In this document: one piece after another, positions 1 through 9,884 of the stretch | Layout of the letters: each line of letters begins with the position of its first letter | Numbering within the stretch: position 1 is the first letter of the stretch | NCBI RefSeq assembly: GCF_000195755.1 | Contig: NC_002937.3 | Coordinates: 2,580,001-2,612,000 of the forward strand | DNA from: Nitratidesulfovibrio vulgaris str. Hildenborough | Lineage (GTDB): Bacteria; Desulfobacterota; Desulfovibrionia; Desulfovibrionales; Desulfovibrionaceae | Direction of reading: 5' to 3' | DNA: 32,000 nt | Translations under genes and position numbers: made by a program | Notes under the pieces: generated by a model | Seen by the model: the letters and a program-made list of their open reading frames with translations, nothing else | Databases searched by the model: none | Told to the model about the DNA's origin: nothing

Positions 1-28
1 CCGCCACTCCATACGGCAAGGAGACAGC

Positions 29-2368
29 ATGGCACGGCACCTCTGCATCCACGGCCACTTCTACCAGCCCCCACGGGAAGACCCGTGGCAGGGAGACGTC
101 CTGCCCGAAGGCAGCGCAGCCCCCGCCCACGACTGGAACGAACGCATCCACCGTGAAAGCTACGCCCCGCTGGCATGGGCGCGCCGCCTCGACGCCAATG
201 GCCGTATCGCAGACATCATGAACTGCTACGAGTGGATGAGCTTCAACGTAGGCCCCACGCTGCTGCGCTGGATGGACAGACACGCCCCCGACACCCTGCG
301 CCGCATGGTCGAGGGCGACAGGCAAAGCCTCGCCCGCTGGGGCCACGGCAACGCGCTGGCGCAGGTGTACCATCATATCATCATGCCGCTGGCCACTGTG
401 CGCGACCGCGAGATGGAGGTGGCATGGGCCGTGGACGACTTCATGCACCGCTTCGGCCGCAAGCCGGAAGGCATGTGGCTGGCCGAAAGCGCCGCCGACC
501 TGCCCTCTCTGGAGACGCTGGCCGATGCGGGCATCGCCTTCACCATCCTCGCACCGCGTCAGGCGCGCGCCGTCGCCATGCTGGACGGCAGGCCCGCCGA
601 TGATGCCGCATGGATGCCCGTGGACGAGCATTCTCTCGACATCCGCGAACCCTACCTCGTGGAACTCCCCTCCGGGCGTTCCATGGCCGTCTTCTTCTAT
701 GACGGTGCCCTGTCGCGGGCCGTGGCCTTCGAAAGACTGCTGCAAGACGGCGAGGGTTTCTGGAGGCGCCTCGTGGGGGCCGCCGGCCCCGGTCTGCTTT
801 CCGTGTGTACCGACGGCGAGACCTACGGACACCATTTCACCTTCGGGGAGATGGCCTTGGCCCACGTTCTGGGACAGGGCTATTCGGGCCGCGACGACCT
901 GCGTCTGACCAACTACGCGGCGCAACTGGAACGCACCCCTCCCAGACGGCGTGTCCTCCTGCATGAACCGTCGTCATGGAGTTGCGCCCACGGCGTCGAG
1001 CGATGGCGTAGCGACTGCGGCTGCACCGACGGCGGGCATCCGGGCTGGAACCAGCGCTGGCGCAAGCCCTTGCGCGAAGGGCTGGATGCCATGAAGCGCG
1101 AGATAGACGCCCATTTCTCCCGGCGCGGCGCGTCGCTCTTCTATGACCCGTGGGCGGCACTCCGCGGGTATGGCAAGGTGCTGGCGACGCAATCAACGGC
1201 GGCAGCGACACCTTCGGCCGACAGCGCACAACCCGCGGCCCCGGGCACGGCGCTCCCTGATGCACTTGAAGACGCCCGCTCCACCTTTGCCGCAAAACAC
1301 CTGCGACCCGACCTCGCCCCCTCGGACATCGATACGGCATGGCGTCTTCTGGCCATGCAGGAAGCGGCCCTTGCCGCCTTCGCCAGTTGTGCATGGTTCT
1401 TCGACGAAATCTCGCGCATCGAACCCGTCAACGCCATGACCTACGCCCTGCGGGCCTCCGACCTCGCCGCCGCCACAGGCACGGGCGACATCCACAGGCA
1501 TCTTCTCGAACACCTGCAACGGGCCGTCTCCAACAAGCCCGAAGAAGGCACGGGGGCGGACATCTTCACCCACCACGCCCTTCCCCGCCGCGAGACGGTA
1601 CCGGGGCTGGTGCTTCAGGCCCTGTGCCTCCTCGAAGCCGCAGACGCCTTGCCCGCCGCGGGCGACACCGCCACATGGACGTGGCCTGGGGCACAGGTCG
1701 CCGTCCGTCTGGAGTCCGCCCCCGGCGACGTGCCGCTGCAAGGCATGGCCGAAGTCCGCCTTGCCCTTGAACCCGGGGGAGAGACGGTGCACTTCGCGTG
1801 GACGCCGCCACACGCCACGGGGGCAACAGGCAGCCTCGTCCGCGTGGTGCGTGCGGATGGAACGCAGGAGGCCATGCGGCTGATGGACCTTGCCCGCAAC
1901 CGGCGCGAGGCGTTGCTGGCGGCACTGACCACAGGGGCGACCCGGCGTGCCGACGAGCTTCTCGGTCCGGTGGCACGCATGATGCTGCCGCTGGTCTCAC
2001 CGTGGGAGGAGGCGCAACGCGACATGGTGCGTTCCGAAGCGTGGGCACCGCTTCTGCCCACGCTGGGGCTTGCCACCATCACAGGTTGCGGGGCATCGCC
2101 GGAGACGTTGCGCCTTGTGGAGGACTACCTTCGCGCCAACCTCGGCGCAGGCGACCGCAGACGGCTGGCAAGACTGGCCGAAGGCATGTTCACGGAACTG
2201 CTCGACGCGCCGGAACCCGACTGGGACAAGATCGAACGACGCATCGTGCGGACACGCGCCCTGCTGCCGGACATGGACTGGTGGTCCGTGCAGAACCGGA
2301 TATGGCAATGGGGGCTCGCCGGTGAAGGGCCGCGCCGCTGCGCTGTCCAACTCGGGTTCAGGGTCTAG
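29..2368 (+). CDS. Glycoside hydrolase family 57 protein (alpha-amylase / glucan-processing type) with a long C-terminal extension
   Basis: 779-aa ORF with SD AAGGAGA at 18-24, 4 nt before the ATG at 29. HGHFYQPPRE, GMWLAESA and CTDGETYGHH resemble the conserved GH57 blocks (HQP block, nucleophile Glu block, DGE..G acid/base block). The C-terminal ~350 aa has no motif I can name. Confidence 0.85.
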   Translation: MARHLCIHGHFYQPPREDPWQGDVLPEGSAAPAHDWNERIHRESYAPLAWARRLDANGRIADIMNCYEWMSFNVGPTLLRWMDRHAPDTLRRMVEGDRQSLARWGHGNALAQVYHHIIMPLATVRDREMEVAWAVDDFMHRFGRKPEGMWLAESAADLPSLETLADAGIAFTILAPRQARAVAMLDGRPADDAAWMPVDEHSLDIREPYLVELPSGRSMAVFFYDGALSRAVAFERLLQDGEGFWRRLVGAAGPGLLSVCTDGETYGHHFTFGEMALAHVLGQGYSGRDDLRLTNYAAQLERTPPRRRVLLHEPSSWSCAHGVERWRSDCGCTDGGHPGWNQRWRKPLREGLDAMKREIDAHFSRRGASLFYDPWAALRGYGKVLATQSTAAATPSADSAQPAAPGTALPDALEDARSTFAAKHLRPDLAPSDIDTAWRLLAMQEAALAAFASCAWFFDEISRIEPVNAMTYALRASDLAAATGTGDIHRHLLEHLQRAVSNKPEEGTGADIFTHHALPRRETVPGLVLQALCLLEAADALPAAGDTATWTWPGAQVAVRLESAPGDVPLQGMAEVRLALEPGGETVHFAWTPPHATGATGSLVRVVRADGTQEAMRLMDLARNRREALLAALTTGATRRADELLGPVARMMLPLVSPWEEAQRDMVRSEAWAPLLPTLGLATITGCGASPETLRLVEDYLRANLGAGDRRRLARLAEGMFTELLDAPEPDWDKIERRIVRTRALLPDMDWWSVQNRIWQWGLAGEGPRRCAVQLGFRV

Positions 2369-2664
2369 CAACACGACCGGAAACGAAGGGAGAAACCGTT
2401 CCCGGCAGGTGACACGACGTACAGCTCCGACGTGCTGCCACGGACGCACTGCTACAGCTTGCTGAGACGTCGGGCGACAACAGTGGTCAGCGCGACCAAG
2501 GGCGCAAATCGCCTCAATGCCGCTGCGTGAACGGATGGCACACCGTCAGAGCCTGTGCGCGAAACGTCCCCTGACCGCATGAGGAGAGGGAACCTTCGCC
2601 TTCGGCGTGGCTGATACGGTCGTGTATGCGAAGAAAGATGCGAACGCGGCCTGACAATGCGTCG

Positions 2665-3147
2665 TCAGACCCGGGCGGAGAGCATGGTGGGCACGTTCAC
2701 ACGGCGGGCGACGTCACCATAGGCACGGGCACCTGCCGCAGGTGACCGTGTGGGGCGAGGCTGCTGAGTCTCATCGGCCGTGGCACTGCCGCCAGCCCCC
2801 GGCACCCCGGCGACCTGCCCGGCCACCAGCCCGGCATCGGGCTGCACCGCAGCATTGGCCGCATAGGCCGAACGGGCACCGAGTGCCCGACCTACTTCGG
2901 CGGCATCAAGTGCATCCCCGAATTCGAAGGCCTGCACGCGGGCAAGCAGTGCCGCGGCCTCCCGCGCGGCGGCGCGAGGGTCGGGTGCGGTTTCCGTCTC
3001 ATACCGGACGGAGAATGGGCCGAGTTTGACCGCCACCTCGCTACGACGTGAGGCCAGAAGCGCCAGCGCAGCCTCCGCCTTGTGCGGCGACTGTCTGTCG
3101 TAGGCTGAAACCGCCTGCTGTTGTATGCGTCCGGCCTCGATACGCAT
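2665..3147 (-). CDS. Hypothetical protein (160 aa from the internal ATG; the ORF is open up to 3201)
   Basis: Coding-like GC3 on the minus strand. The ATG at 3147 is preceded by AGAGGGG with a 6-nt spacer; the upstream ATG at 3201 lacks an SD. No recognisable domain. Ala/Gly/Pro-rich C-terminal half. Confidence 0.45.
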   Translation of the reverse strand: MRIEAGRIQQQAVSAYDRQSPHKAEAALALLASRRSEVAVKLGPFSVRYETETAPDPRAAAREAAALLARVQAFEFGDALDAAEVGRALGARSAYAANAAVQPDAGLVAGQVAGVPGAGGSATADETQQPRPTRSPAAGARAYGDVARRVNVPTMLSARV

Positions 3148-3407
3148 GAAACGCCCCTCTGCGATGGAGGGAGGAGAGTGACAGGGTATCCTCCGCGTCA
3201 ATGCACCTCACCTCGTATCGAATAAAGATAGCCGTGCCGCACGGCGCGTGCAAGTGCCATTTCGCTTGCCAATGCTGCGACCTGCTTTTACGAAGAAGGG
3301 CGGAGCATTGACACACCGGGCGCCATTCTGCACCGCCACACCCGCGCCCGCCCGATACCGCCCCCCACGCTTTTCCACATGCCGCGCCGAGGAGGAAGAC
3401 AACAGAC

Positions 3408-4250
3408 ATGCCCAATATCATTCTCAAGAAGGAACGCCTCATCCCCGGGCAGACCAGCAAACTGGTCATCGACGCCCCGCACATCGCGCGCAAGGCGAAG
3501 CCCGGCAACTTCGTCATCCTGCGCGTGTGCGAAAAGGGCGAACGCATTCCCCTTACCATAGCGGACGCCGACCCGGACGCGGGCACCATCACCATCGTCT
3601 ATCTCGTTCTCGGCAAATCGACAGCCATGCTTGAGACCCTCGGCGAAGGCGATGCCATCCTCGACCTGTGCGGTCCCCTCGGCAAGCCCACCCATATCGA
3701 ACGCTGCGGTACTGTCATCTGCGTGGGCGGGGGCACTGGCATCGCCGCCATGCATCACATCGCCAAGGGACACCATCTGGCGGGCAACCATGTCGTGGCC
3801 ATCATCGGTGCGCGCAACAAGGACCTGCTTCTCTTCCACGACGACCTCTCGGCATTCTGCCCCGAAGTGCTCGTCTCCACGGACGACGGCAGCTTCGGGC
3901 ACAAGGGGCTGGTGACCGACCTGCTGCGCCAGCGCCTCGAAAACGACCCCGGCGTGGCGGAGGTCGTGGCCGTGGGTCCCGTGCCCATGATGGCAGCCGT
4001 GTCCCGCACCACCGAACCCTTCGGCGTGAAGACCACGGTAAGTCTCAACTCCATCATGGTCGACGGCATCGGCATGTGCGGCGCATGTCGCGTGACTGTC
4101 GGCGGCGAGACGCGCTTCGCGTGCGTGGACGGGCCGGAATTCGACGGACACAAGGTGGATTTCGACGAATTACGCAAACGGCTTGGGGCGTTCCGTCCGC
4201 AAGAGAAGGAATCGTTCGACCATTTCTGCAGGTGTACGTGCCATGAATAG
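3408..4250 (+). CDS. FAD/NAD(P)-binding [2Fe-2S] small subunit of an NfnAB / SudAB-type (glutamate-synthase-beta-like) oxidoreductase
   Basis: 280 aa with GAGGAGGAAG upstream of the ATG. Contains the GGGTGIAAM dinucleotide-binding motif and the C-terminal MVDGIGMCGACRV...FACVDGPEF cysteine cluster typical of the PyrK/SudB family. Its stop overlaps the next gene's start by 8 nt. Confidence 0.8.
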   Translation: MPNIILKKERLIPGQTSKLVIDAPHIARKAKPGNFVILRVCEKGERIPLTIADADPDAGTITIVYLVLGKSTAMLETLGEGDAILDLCGPLGKPTHIERCGTVICVGGGTGIAAMHHIAKGHHLAGNHVVAIIGARNKDLLLFHDDLSAFCPEVLVSTDDGSFGHKGLVTDLLRQRLENDPGVAEVVAVGPVPMMAAVSRTTEPFGVKTTVSLNSIMVDGIGMCGACRVTVGGETRFACVDGPEFDGHKVDFDELRKRLGAFRPQEKESFDHFCRCTCHE

Positions 4251-5673
4251 TGACAAGAAGGGCAGAAGCCTGCAACCGCGAGTCCCCATGCCCTGCCAGC
4301 CCGCCCATGAGCGGGTGGGCAACTTCCACGAAGTGGCCCTTGGCTACTCGCGCGAGGACGCCATGCGCGAGGCCTCGCGCTGCCTGCAATGCAAGAAGCC
4401 CAAGTGCGTCAAGGGCTGCCCCGTCGAGGTGCAGATACCGCAATTCATCGCCGCCCTTGCCAAGGGCGATGTCGAGTCGGCCTACCGCACCCTGCGCGAG
4501 ACCAACAGCCTGCCCGCGGTCTGTGGCCGGGTCTGTCCACAGGAGAACCAGTGCGAAGGGGCCTGCATACTCGGGGCCAAGGGACAACCCGTGGCCATCG
4601 GTCGTCTCGAACGCTACGCCGCAGACACCTACATGGCCCTCGACGCCTGCGACCAGCTTACGGGCAGGCCCGAGTGCCCGCTCATCGACCCCGACCTCAA
4701 GGTCGCGTGCATCGGGTCCGGGCCCGCAAGCCTCACCGTGGCGGGCTACCTTTCGTCGCGCGGGTTCAAGGTGACCGTGTACGAGGCCCTGCACGAACTT
4801 GGCGGGGTGCTCGTCTACGGCATCCCCGAATTCAGGCTGCCCAAGTCCGACATCGTGGAGAAGGAGATTGCCGCCCTGCGCCAGCAGGAGGTGGAGTTCG
4901 TCACCAACTGGGTGGGCGGGCGCACCTTCTCCATCGACGACCTCTTCGCCGAAGGCTACAAGGCCGTGTTCATCGGGGTCGGGGCCGGGTTGCCCCGTTT
5001 TCTCGACATCCCCGGAGAGAACCTCGTCGGGGTGTTCTCGGCCAACGAATACCTGACGCGGGTCAACCTCGGGCGTGCCTACGGCTTCCCGGACTATGAC
5101 ACCCCCGTCTACAGGGGGCGCGAGGTCACCGTCTTCGGCGGAGGCAACGTGGCCATGGACGCGGCACGCACTGCCCTGCGCCTCGGCGCGGAGAGCGTTC
5201 GCATCGTCTACCGCCGTACCCGCGACGAGATGCCCGCCCGCCTCGAAGAACTTGAACATGCCGAGGAGGAAGGCGTTCGCCTCGAACTTCTGGCCGCACC
5301 GCTCGGCTTCAAGGGCGACGCGGACGGACGCCTCACCGCCGTGACCCTGCAACGCATGGAACTGGGCGAGCCCGACGCCTCGGGCAGACGCAGCCCCCGC
5401 CCTGTGGAGGGCGCGGTGTACGACCTGCCCACCGACCTTGCCGTCATCGCCGTGGGCACACGCCCCAACCCAATCCTGCTCGAAGCGACCCCCGGACTCA
5501 CGCTCGACCGCCGGGGCTACATCGCGGTGGACGAGGCCACGGGCATGACATCCATCCCCGGCGTGTACGCCGGTGGCGACATCGTGACGGGAGCCGCCAC
5601 GGTCATCCTCGCCATGGGTGCCGGTCGCAGGGCCGCCAAGGACATAGAAGCCCGACTGCGCCCTGCCACATAG
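4243..5673 (+). CDS. NADPH-dependent glutamate synthase beta-chain-like large subunit (NfnB / SudA type)
   Basis: The track ORF starts at 4183, but the ATG at 4243 overlaps the upstream stop (translational coupling) and gives the usual N-terminus. Motifs: CLQCKKPKCVKGCPV and CGRVCPQENQCEGAC Fe-S motifs, GSGPASL and GGGNVAMD nucleotide folds, and C-terminal GDIVTGAATVILAMGAGRRAA. Confidence 0.85.
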   Translation: MNSDKKGRSLQPRVPMPCQPAHERVGNFHEVALGYSREDAMREASRCLQCKKPKCVKGCPVEVQIPQFIAALAKGDVESAYRTLRETNSLPAVCGRVCPQENQCEGACILGAKGQPVAIGRLERYAADTYMALDACDQLTGRPECPLIDPDLKVACIGSGPASLTVAGYLSSRGFKVTVYEALHELGGVLVYGIPEFRLPKSDIVEKEIAALRQQEVEFVTNWVGGRTFSIDDLFAEGYKAVFIGVGAGLPRFLDIPGENLVGVFSANEYLTRVNLGRAYGFPDYDTPVYRGREVTVFGGGNVAMDAARTALRLGAESVRIVYRRTRDEMPARLEELEHAEEEGVRLELLAAPLGFKGDADGRLTAVTLQRMELGEPDASGRRSPRPVEGAVYDLPTDLAVIAVGTRPNPILLEATPGLTLDRRGYIAVDEATGMTSIPGVYAGGDIVTGAATVILAMGAGRRAAKDIEARLRPAT

Positions 5674-5718
5674 ACGGCGCCCTCCCCCTTCACGCGAGCC
5701 CCGCAGCATCGTATACTT

Positions 5719-5764
5719 GTCGCGCCTCACGCCACACCACTGCCAGAGTGGCGTGAGGCGCGGC
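5719..5764 (+). terminator. Strong GC-rich hairpin downstream of the nfnB-like gene (candidate terminator or insulator before pstS)
   Basis: 15 perfect bp (CGCGCCTCACGCCAC at 5721-5735 pairs with GTGGCGTGAGGCGCG at 5748-5762) plus 2 flanking pairs, with a 12-nt loop. It lies 46 nt after the stop at 5673. No U-tract follows, so the mechanism is uncertain. Confidence 0.4.
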
Positions 5765-5914
5765 GACACCAGACATGCCCCTCCACCTTCGCCGAAGCGC
5801 TTTCCACGTCACGAACATGTGCGACCGCCGCAACCGTTCCGTAACATGAGGGCCCTATTTTCCCCTCACGCGCCACGGCGCGCCCCAGTTCTGCAACATA
5901 ACCGGAGGAAGAAC

Positions 5915-6727
5915 ATGTCGATCAAGCGTTTCGCCCTCGTCGCCCTCATGACGCTTGGCCTTGCCGCCAACGCCTTCGCCGCCGACAAGATCGTGGTCAA
6001 GGGTTCGACCACCGTGCTCCCCATCATGCAGAAAGCTGCCGAAGCCTACATGAAGAAGACCCCCGGCGTGGAGATCGAAATCTCCGGTGGGGGTTCCGGC
6101 AACGGTATCAAGGCCCTCATCGACGGCACGCTGGACATCTGCATGTCCTCGCGCAAGATCAAGGACAAGGAAGTGGAAGCCGCCAAGGCCAACGGTCGCG
6201 AAGCCGTCGAGCACATCGTCGCCCTCGACGCCATCCTGCCCATCGTCAACAAGGGCAACCCCGTCGACAACCTGACCATCGACCAGCTTCGCGCCATCTA
6301 CGAAGGCAAGATCACCAACTGGAAGGAAGTGGGCGGCAAGGACGAAGCCATCGTGGTCATCTCCCGCGACACCTCCTCCGGCACCTACGAATCGTGGCAG
6401 CATTTCGTCATGAAGGACGCCAAGGTCTTCCCCGGCGCGCTGTTGCAGGCATCCTCCGGTGCCGTGCTTCAGGCCGTCTCCAAGAACTCCAAGGCCATCT
6501 CCTACGACGGCATCGGCTACGTGAACGACACCGTCAAGGCCACCAAGGTCAACGGCGTCACCGGTTCCGCCGCCACCGCCAAGGATGGTTCGTACGCCAT
6601 GGCCCGCGACCTGCAAATCTACACCCCCGGTCAGCCTCAGGGTGCGGTGAAGAACTTCATCGACTTCATGAAGTCGGCCGAAGGCCAGGCCCTCGTGCAG
6701 GAAGCCGGCTTCATCCCGACCAAGTAG
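5915..6727 (+). CDS. pstS: Phosphate ABC transporter substrate-binding protein PstS family
   Basis: The ATG at 5915 follows GGAGGA (5904-5909). Signal peptide MSIKRFALVALMTLGLAANAFA|AD. KGSTTVLP and GGGSGNG motifs of PBP-like_2 phosphate binders. The track ORF's 66-aa N-terminal extension starts at a TTG and looks non-coding. Confidence 0.85.
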   Translation: MSIKRFALVALMTLGLAANAFAADKIVVKGSTTVLPIMQKAAEAYMKKTPGVEIEISGGGSGNGIKALIDGTLDICMSSRKIKDKEVEAAKANGREAVEHIVALDAILPIVNKGNPVDNLTIDQLRAIYEGKITNWKEVGGKDEAIVVISRDTSSGTYESWQHFVMKDAKVFPGALLQASSGAVLQAVSKNSKAISYDGIGYVNDTVKATKVNGVTGSAATAKDGSYAMARDLQIYTPGQPQGAVKNFIDFMKSAEGQALVQEAGFIPTK

Positions 6728-6806
6728 CATCCCTGCCCCAGCCCATCCCTGCCCCCCGCGCCACTGGCGCGGGGGGCGCACCATCAGACAGGATACCGGT
6801 ACGCAA

Positions 6807-7700
6807 ATGGCCATGTCGCGACGCGCAAAAGACAACATGGTGCACGGCGCCTTCTGGACAGCCGCCGCCCTCTGCATCGTCACGCTGACGCTCATCATGG
6901 TCTTCCTCTTCATGGAAGGCTTTCCCATTTTCCAGCATGTGAGCCTTGCCGACTTCATCTTCGGCAAGCTGTGGTATCCCACATTCGACCCGCCGGAATT
7001 CGGCATCCTGCCCATGATAGTGGGGTCGCTGGTCGTGACCGCGCTTTCGTCGCTCATCGCCATCCCGCTTGGCATCATGACCGCCATCTACCTTGCCGAG
7101 TTGGCCGGCCCCCGGATGCGCGCCTACGTGAAGCCCCTCGTGGAGATGCTTCAGGCACTGCCTTCGGTGGTCATCGGCTTCTTCGGCATGGTCATCGTGG
7201 CCCCGTGGCTACAGGAGACCTTCGACATCGCCACAGGTCTCAACATCGCCAACGCATCCATCATGCTGGCGTTCATGGCCGTGCCCACCATCACCAGCAT
7301 CGCCGAAGACGCCATCTACAGCGTACCCAACGACATGCGCGAGGCCTCTCTCGCCCTCGGGGCCACCCACTGGCAGACCATAGGCCGCGTGGTCGTCCCT
7401 GCGGCACTGCCCGGCATCAGCACGGCGGTCATCCTCGGCATGGCGCGTTCCATCGGAGAGACCATGGTCGTTCTCATGGTGGCGGGCGGCGCAGCCATGC
7501 TGCCCGGTTCCATCTTCGACCCTTCACGGCCCATGCCCGCCTCCATCGCAGCAGAGATGGCCGAAGCCCCCTTCCGTAGCGACCATTACCACGCACTCTT
7601 CGCCACCGGCCTTGTGCTCTTCTTCTTCACTCTCGCCTTCAACGCACTGGCCGCATGGATTGCCGAAAAGAAGAAACAGGTGGGAACGGCAACGCTGTAA
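6807..7700 (+). CDS. pstC: Phosphate ABC transporter permease PstC
   Basis: 297 aa and polytopic. EAA-loop region EDAIYSVPNDMREASLALGATHWQTIGRVVVPAALPGI. Sits directly after pstS. The exact start (6807, 6813 or 6837) is uncertain because the SD is weak. Confidence 0.85.
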   Translation: MAMSRRAKDNMVHGAFWTAAALCIVTLTLIMVFLFMEGFPIFQHVSLADFIFGKLWYPTFDPPEFGILPMIVGSLVVTALSSLIAIPLGIMTAIYLAELAGPRMRAYVKPLVEMLQALPSVVIGFFGMVIVAPWLQETFDIATGLNIANASIMLAFMAVPTITSIAEDAIYSVPNDMREASLALGATHWQTIGRVVVPAALPGISTAVILGMARSIGETMVVLMVAGGAAMLPGSIFDPSRPMPASIAAEMAEAPFRSDHYHALFATGLVLFFFTLAFNALAAWIAEKKKQVGTATL

Positions 7701-7786
7701 CCGGCCGTTGCACCCTGTCGACAAGCATCACAACGCCGGAGCATCCGGCCCATGCGGCACTGCCGCACAAGCACGCAGGAGCGACA

Positions 7787-8716
7787 ATGCCCCGCACTGC
7801 CTTCGCCTCACAGCAGACGGCCACCCTCGGCAACATTGGCCACATGCCTCAGGATTCCGGCTATGTGAAACGCCGCAAGCCTCTGCAACGATTCATGTTC
7901 GGCCTGTTCCATGTCGCCGTGTTCATCAATGCGGCGGCCCTCGCCATCATCTGCGGCTTCGTCCTCTACCACGGTCTGCCCGCCATCAGTTGGGAGTTTC
8001 TCACCGCCTTTCCGCGTGACTCCATGACCAAGGGCGGCATCCTGCCGTGCATCCTCGGCACCATCGCCCTCAGCTACGGTTCAATGCTCATCGCCCTGCC
8101 ATGGGGAGTGGCCACAGCCATCTACCTGCAGGAGTACGCCCGCCCCGGCCCGCTGGTGCACGCCATACGTCTGACCATCAACAACCTGGCAGGGGTGCCT
8201 TCGGTCGTCTTCGGCCTGTTCGGACTCTCGATGTTCGTCACCGCCATGAAGATGGGAGTCAGCCTGCTGGCGGGCATGTTCACGCTGGCGGCACTGGTGC
8301 TGCCGCTCATCATCGGGGCATCCGAAGAGGCACTGCGCTCGGTCTCGCAGACCTACCGCGAAGCGTCACTGGGGCTTGGGGCCACCAAGTGGCAGACCAT
8401 CTCGCTGGTGGTGCTTCCCGCCGCGCTGCCCAGCATCCTCACCGGGGCCATCCTTGCCGTCGGTCGCGCCGCAGGTGAGACGGCAGCCATCATGTTCACG
8501 GCTGCCATGTTCTTCAGCCCCCGCCTGCCCGGTTCGCTGTTCGACAGTGTCATGGCCCTGCCCTACCACATCTATGTGCTGGCGACGGCAGGTACTGAAA
8601 TCGAACTGACGCGCCCCATGCAATTCGGCACCTCGCTGGTGCTCATCGTGCTGGTGCTGGGCATGAACCTCATGGCCATCATCATGCGGGCGCGACTCCA
8701 GCGCAGACTCCGCTGA
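7787..8716 (+). CDS. pstA: Phosphate ABC transporter permease PstA
   Basis: The ATG at 7787 follows AGGAG with a 5-nt spacer. EAA-loop EEALRSVSQTYREASLGLGATKWQTISLVVLPAALPSI. The track ORF start at 7655 overlaps the end of pstC and lacks an SD. Confidence 0.8.
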   Translation: MPRTAFASQQTATLGNIGHMPQDSGYVKRRKPLQRFMFGLFHVAVFINAAALAIICGFVLYHGLPAISWEFLTAFPRDSMTKGGILPCILGTIALSYGSMLIALPWGVATAIYLQEYARPGPLVHAIRLTINNLAGVPSVVFGLFGLSMFVTAMKMGVSLLAGMFTLAALVLPLIIGASEEALRSVSQTYREASLGLGATKWQTISLVVLPAALPSILTGAILAVGRAAGETAAIMFTAAMFFSPRLPGSLFDSVMALPYHIYVLATAGTEIELTRPMQFGTSLVLIVLVLGMNLMAIIMRARLQRRLR

Positions 8717-8831
8717 CGGGCCTCCCGAAGAGAATACCGGCCCCGGAGCACGTAGTACGTCGCACCTGAACCGCACCGGGCACCCTCTCGCCCTGCCCAC
8801 GCGCCATGGGCGGACACGCGACTCCCACGCG

Positions 8832-8879
8832 AATGACCGCAGCCTGAACCCCGTCTAGAGGGTTCAGGCTGCGGTCATT
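8832..8879 (+). terminator. Rho-independent-type terminator after pstA
   Basis: Perfect 20-bp inverted repeat: AATGACCGCAGCCTGAACCC at 8832-8851 pairs with GGGTTCAGGCTGCGGTCATT at 8860-8879. 8-nt loop, T-rich 3' edge (CATTTG). Confidence 0.6.
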
Positions 8880-9037
8880 TGCGGGCACTCCGAACCGTCG
8901 TATGGCCAGAGGGCCGACCTCCCGCCGCAAGGACGGCCCTTCGACTGTGGTGCACCATACCCTCACCAACCGCCTTTCAGACCACGGCAAAGCCGGACGG
9001 CTGAAGCCATGGGAACAGATTCCATTCCATACACGAA

Positions 9038-9075
9038 ACCCCGGAAGGTGATCGTCAGCGACAACCTTCCGGGGT
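9038..9075 (-). terminator. Hairpin downstream of the formate dehydrogenase beta gene (candidate operon terminator)
   Basis: 12-bp stem (9038-9049 pairs with 9064-9075) with a 14-nt loop, about 95 nt past the stop at 9171 on the minus strand. The trailing sequence TTCGTGT is only a weak U-tract. Confidence 0.3.
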
Positions 9076-9170
9076 GTTGCGTATCCAGTCGGCGCGGCCT
9101 GCCGGATGCTGCCCCCCATGCCATCGCCCAGTGCCGCAGCAGGCATACGGCGCGCTAGCAGGACGCGACG

Positions 9171-9884
9171 CTAGGCGAAAGGACGCAGGCGCAACAAGGC
9201 GCGACGGCTGAAGGGCCCGATGCGCGAGGTGTCGGCTTCCGCCACCATGTGCGAATGGTAGTTGGCGGGGGCGAGCTCGCACAGGTACAGGACCCGTACA
9301 AGGTCGGAGTCCGCCAGCAGGGCTGCGGGGCTCCTCTTCTTCACCTCGCCGAGGCGTTTCTGCGCCAGTTCAAGCATGTCGGCCCTGTCACCGAAGTGCA
9401 TGGTCCCCGTGGGGCAGGTCTTCACGCACGCGGGCAGCATGCCGTTCTGCACCCGGTCGATGCACATGTTGCATTTGGTGAGCAGACCCGTTGCCGGGTC
9501 TTGCCGCGGGATGTCGTAGGGGCACGCCGAGCGCACCTCCATGTAGTCCAGTCCCTTGGTCTTCTCGGTGTAGAGCACCGCCCCGGTCTCCGCATCCTGC
9601 ACGATGGCACCCGGAATGAGGGCATCCGCCACCATCTTGCACGGTGGTTCGAGACAGTGGCGGCATTGCTCCGGGAAGAACAGCCATTTCAGTTTGCCAT
9701 CCACCTCGACCTCGTTGAAGCGCACCAGCTTGAAGGTGCTCGGCCCGAGGTCGGGCGGATTCTGGTATGAGCCGGTGTTGCGCGTCTCGATGCTGCCGAA
9801 CTTCTTCCACTGCTTGCAGGCGGCCTGACAGCCCCGACAGGCCGTGCAACGCGTCTGGTCTATGAAGAACGTCTTGCCGTTCAT
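9171..9884 (-). CDS. fdhB: Formate dehydrogenase iron-sulfur (beta) subunit, 4x[4Fe-4S] ferredoxin type, no membrane anchor
   Basis: The ATG at 9884 follows GGGAGG with a 6-nt spacer, giving 237 aa. Cys clusters CTACRGCQAAC, CRHCLEPPC, CPYDIP and CNMCIDRV...CVKTCP. The track ORF's 51-aa N-terminal extension is not supported. Confidence 0.85.
   Translation of the reverse strand: MNGKTFFIDQTRCTACRGCQAACKQWKKFGSIETRNTGSYQNPPDLGPSTFKLVRFNEVEVDGKLKWLFFPEQCRHCLEPPCKMVADALIPGAIVQDAETGAVLYTEKTKGLDYMEVRSACPYDIPRQDPATGLLTKCNMCIDRVQNGMLPACVKTCPTGTMHFGDRADMLELAQKRLGEVKKRSPAALLADSDLVRVLYLCELAPANYHSHMVAEADTSRIGPFSRRALLRLRPFA

Noticed and set aside
3231-3313. Palindrome GCCGTGCCGCACGGC and a perfect TTGACA hexamer upstream of the nfnA-like gene
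   Set aside because: No acceptable -10 hexamer lies 16-18 nt after the TTGACA. The palindrome has essentially no loop and no known consensus. This is not enough to call a promoter or operator.
4054-5769. 571-aa minus-strand ORF
   Set aside because: It is antisense to the NfnB/GltD-like gene, has a low-complexity Gly/Ala/Arg/His composition and no SD, and the plus strand has strong family motifs.
5796-5850. Possible Pho box upstream of pstS (GTCACGAACATGTGCGAC; repeated TTCC..ACATG)
   Set aside because: It only loosely resembles the 7-bp direct repeats with 11-bp periodicity (CTGTCAT-N4-CTGTCAT). The match is too weak to call without a species-specific PhoB motif.
5855-7087. 410-aa minus-strand ORF
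   Set aside because: It is antisense to pstS/pstC, and its Gly/Asp/Val/His-rich translation has no recognisable domain.
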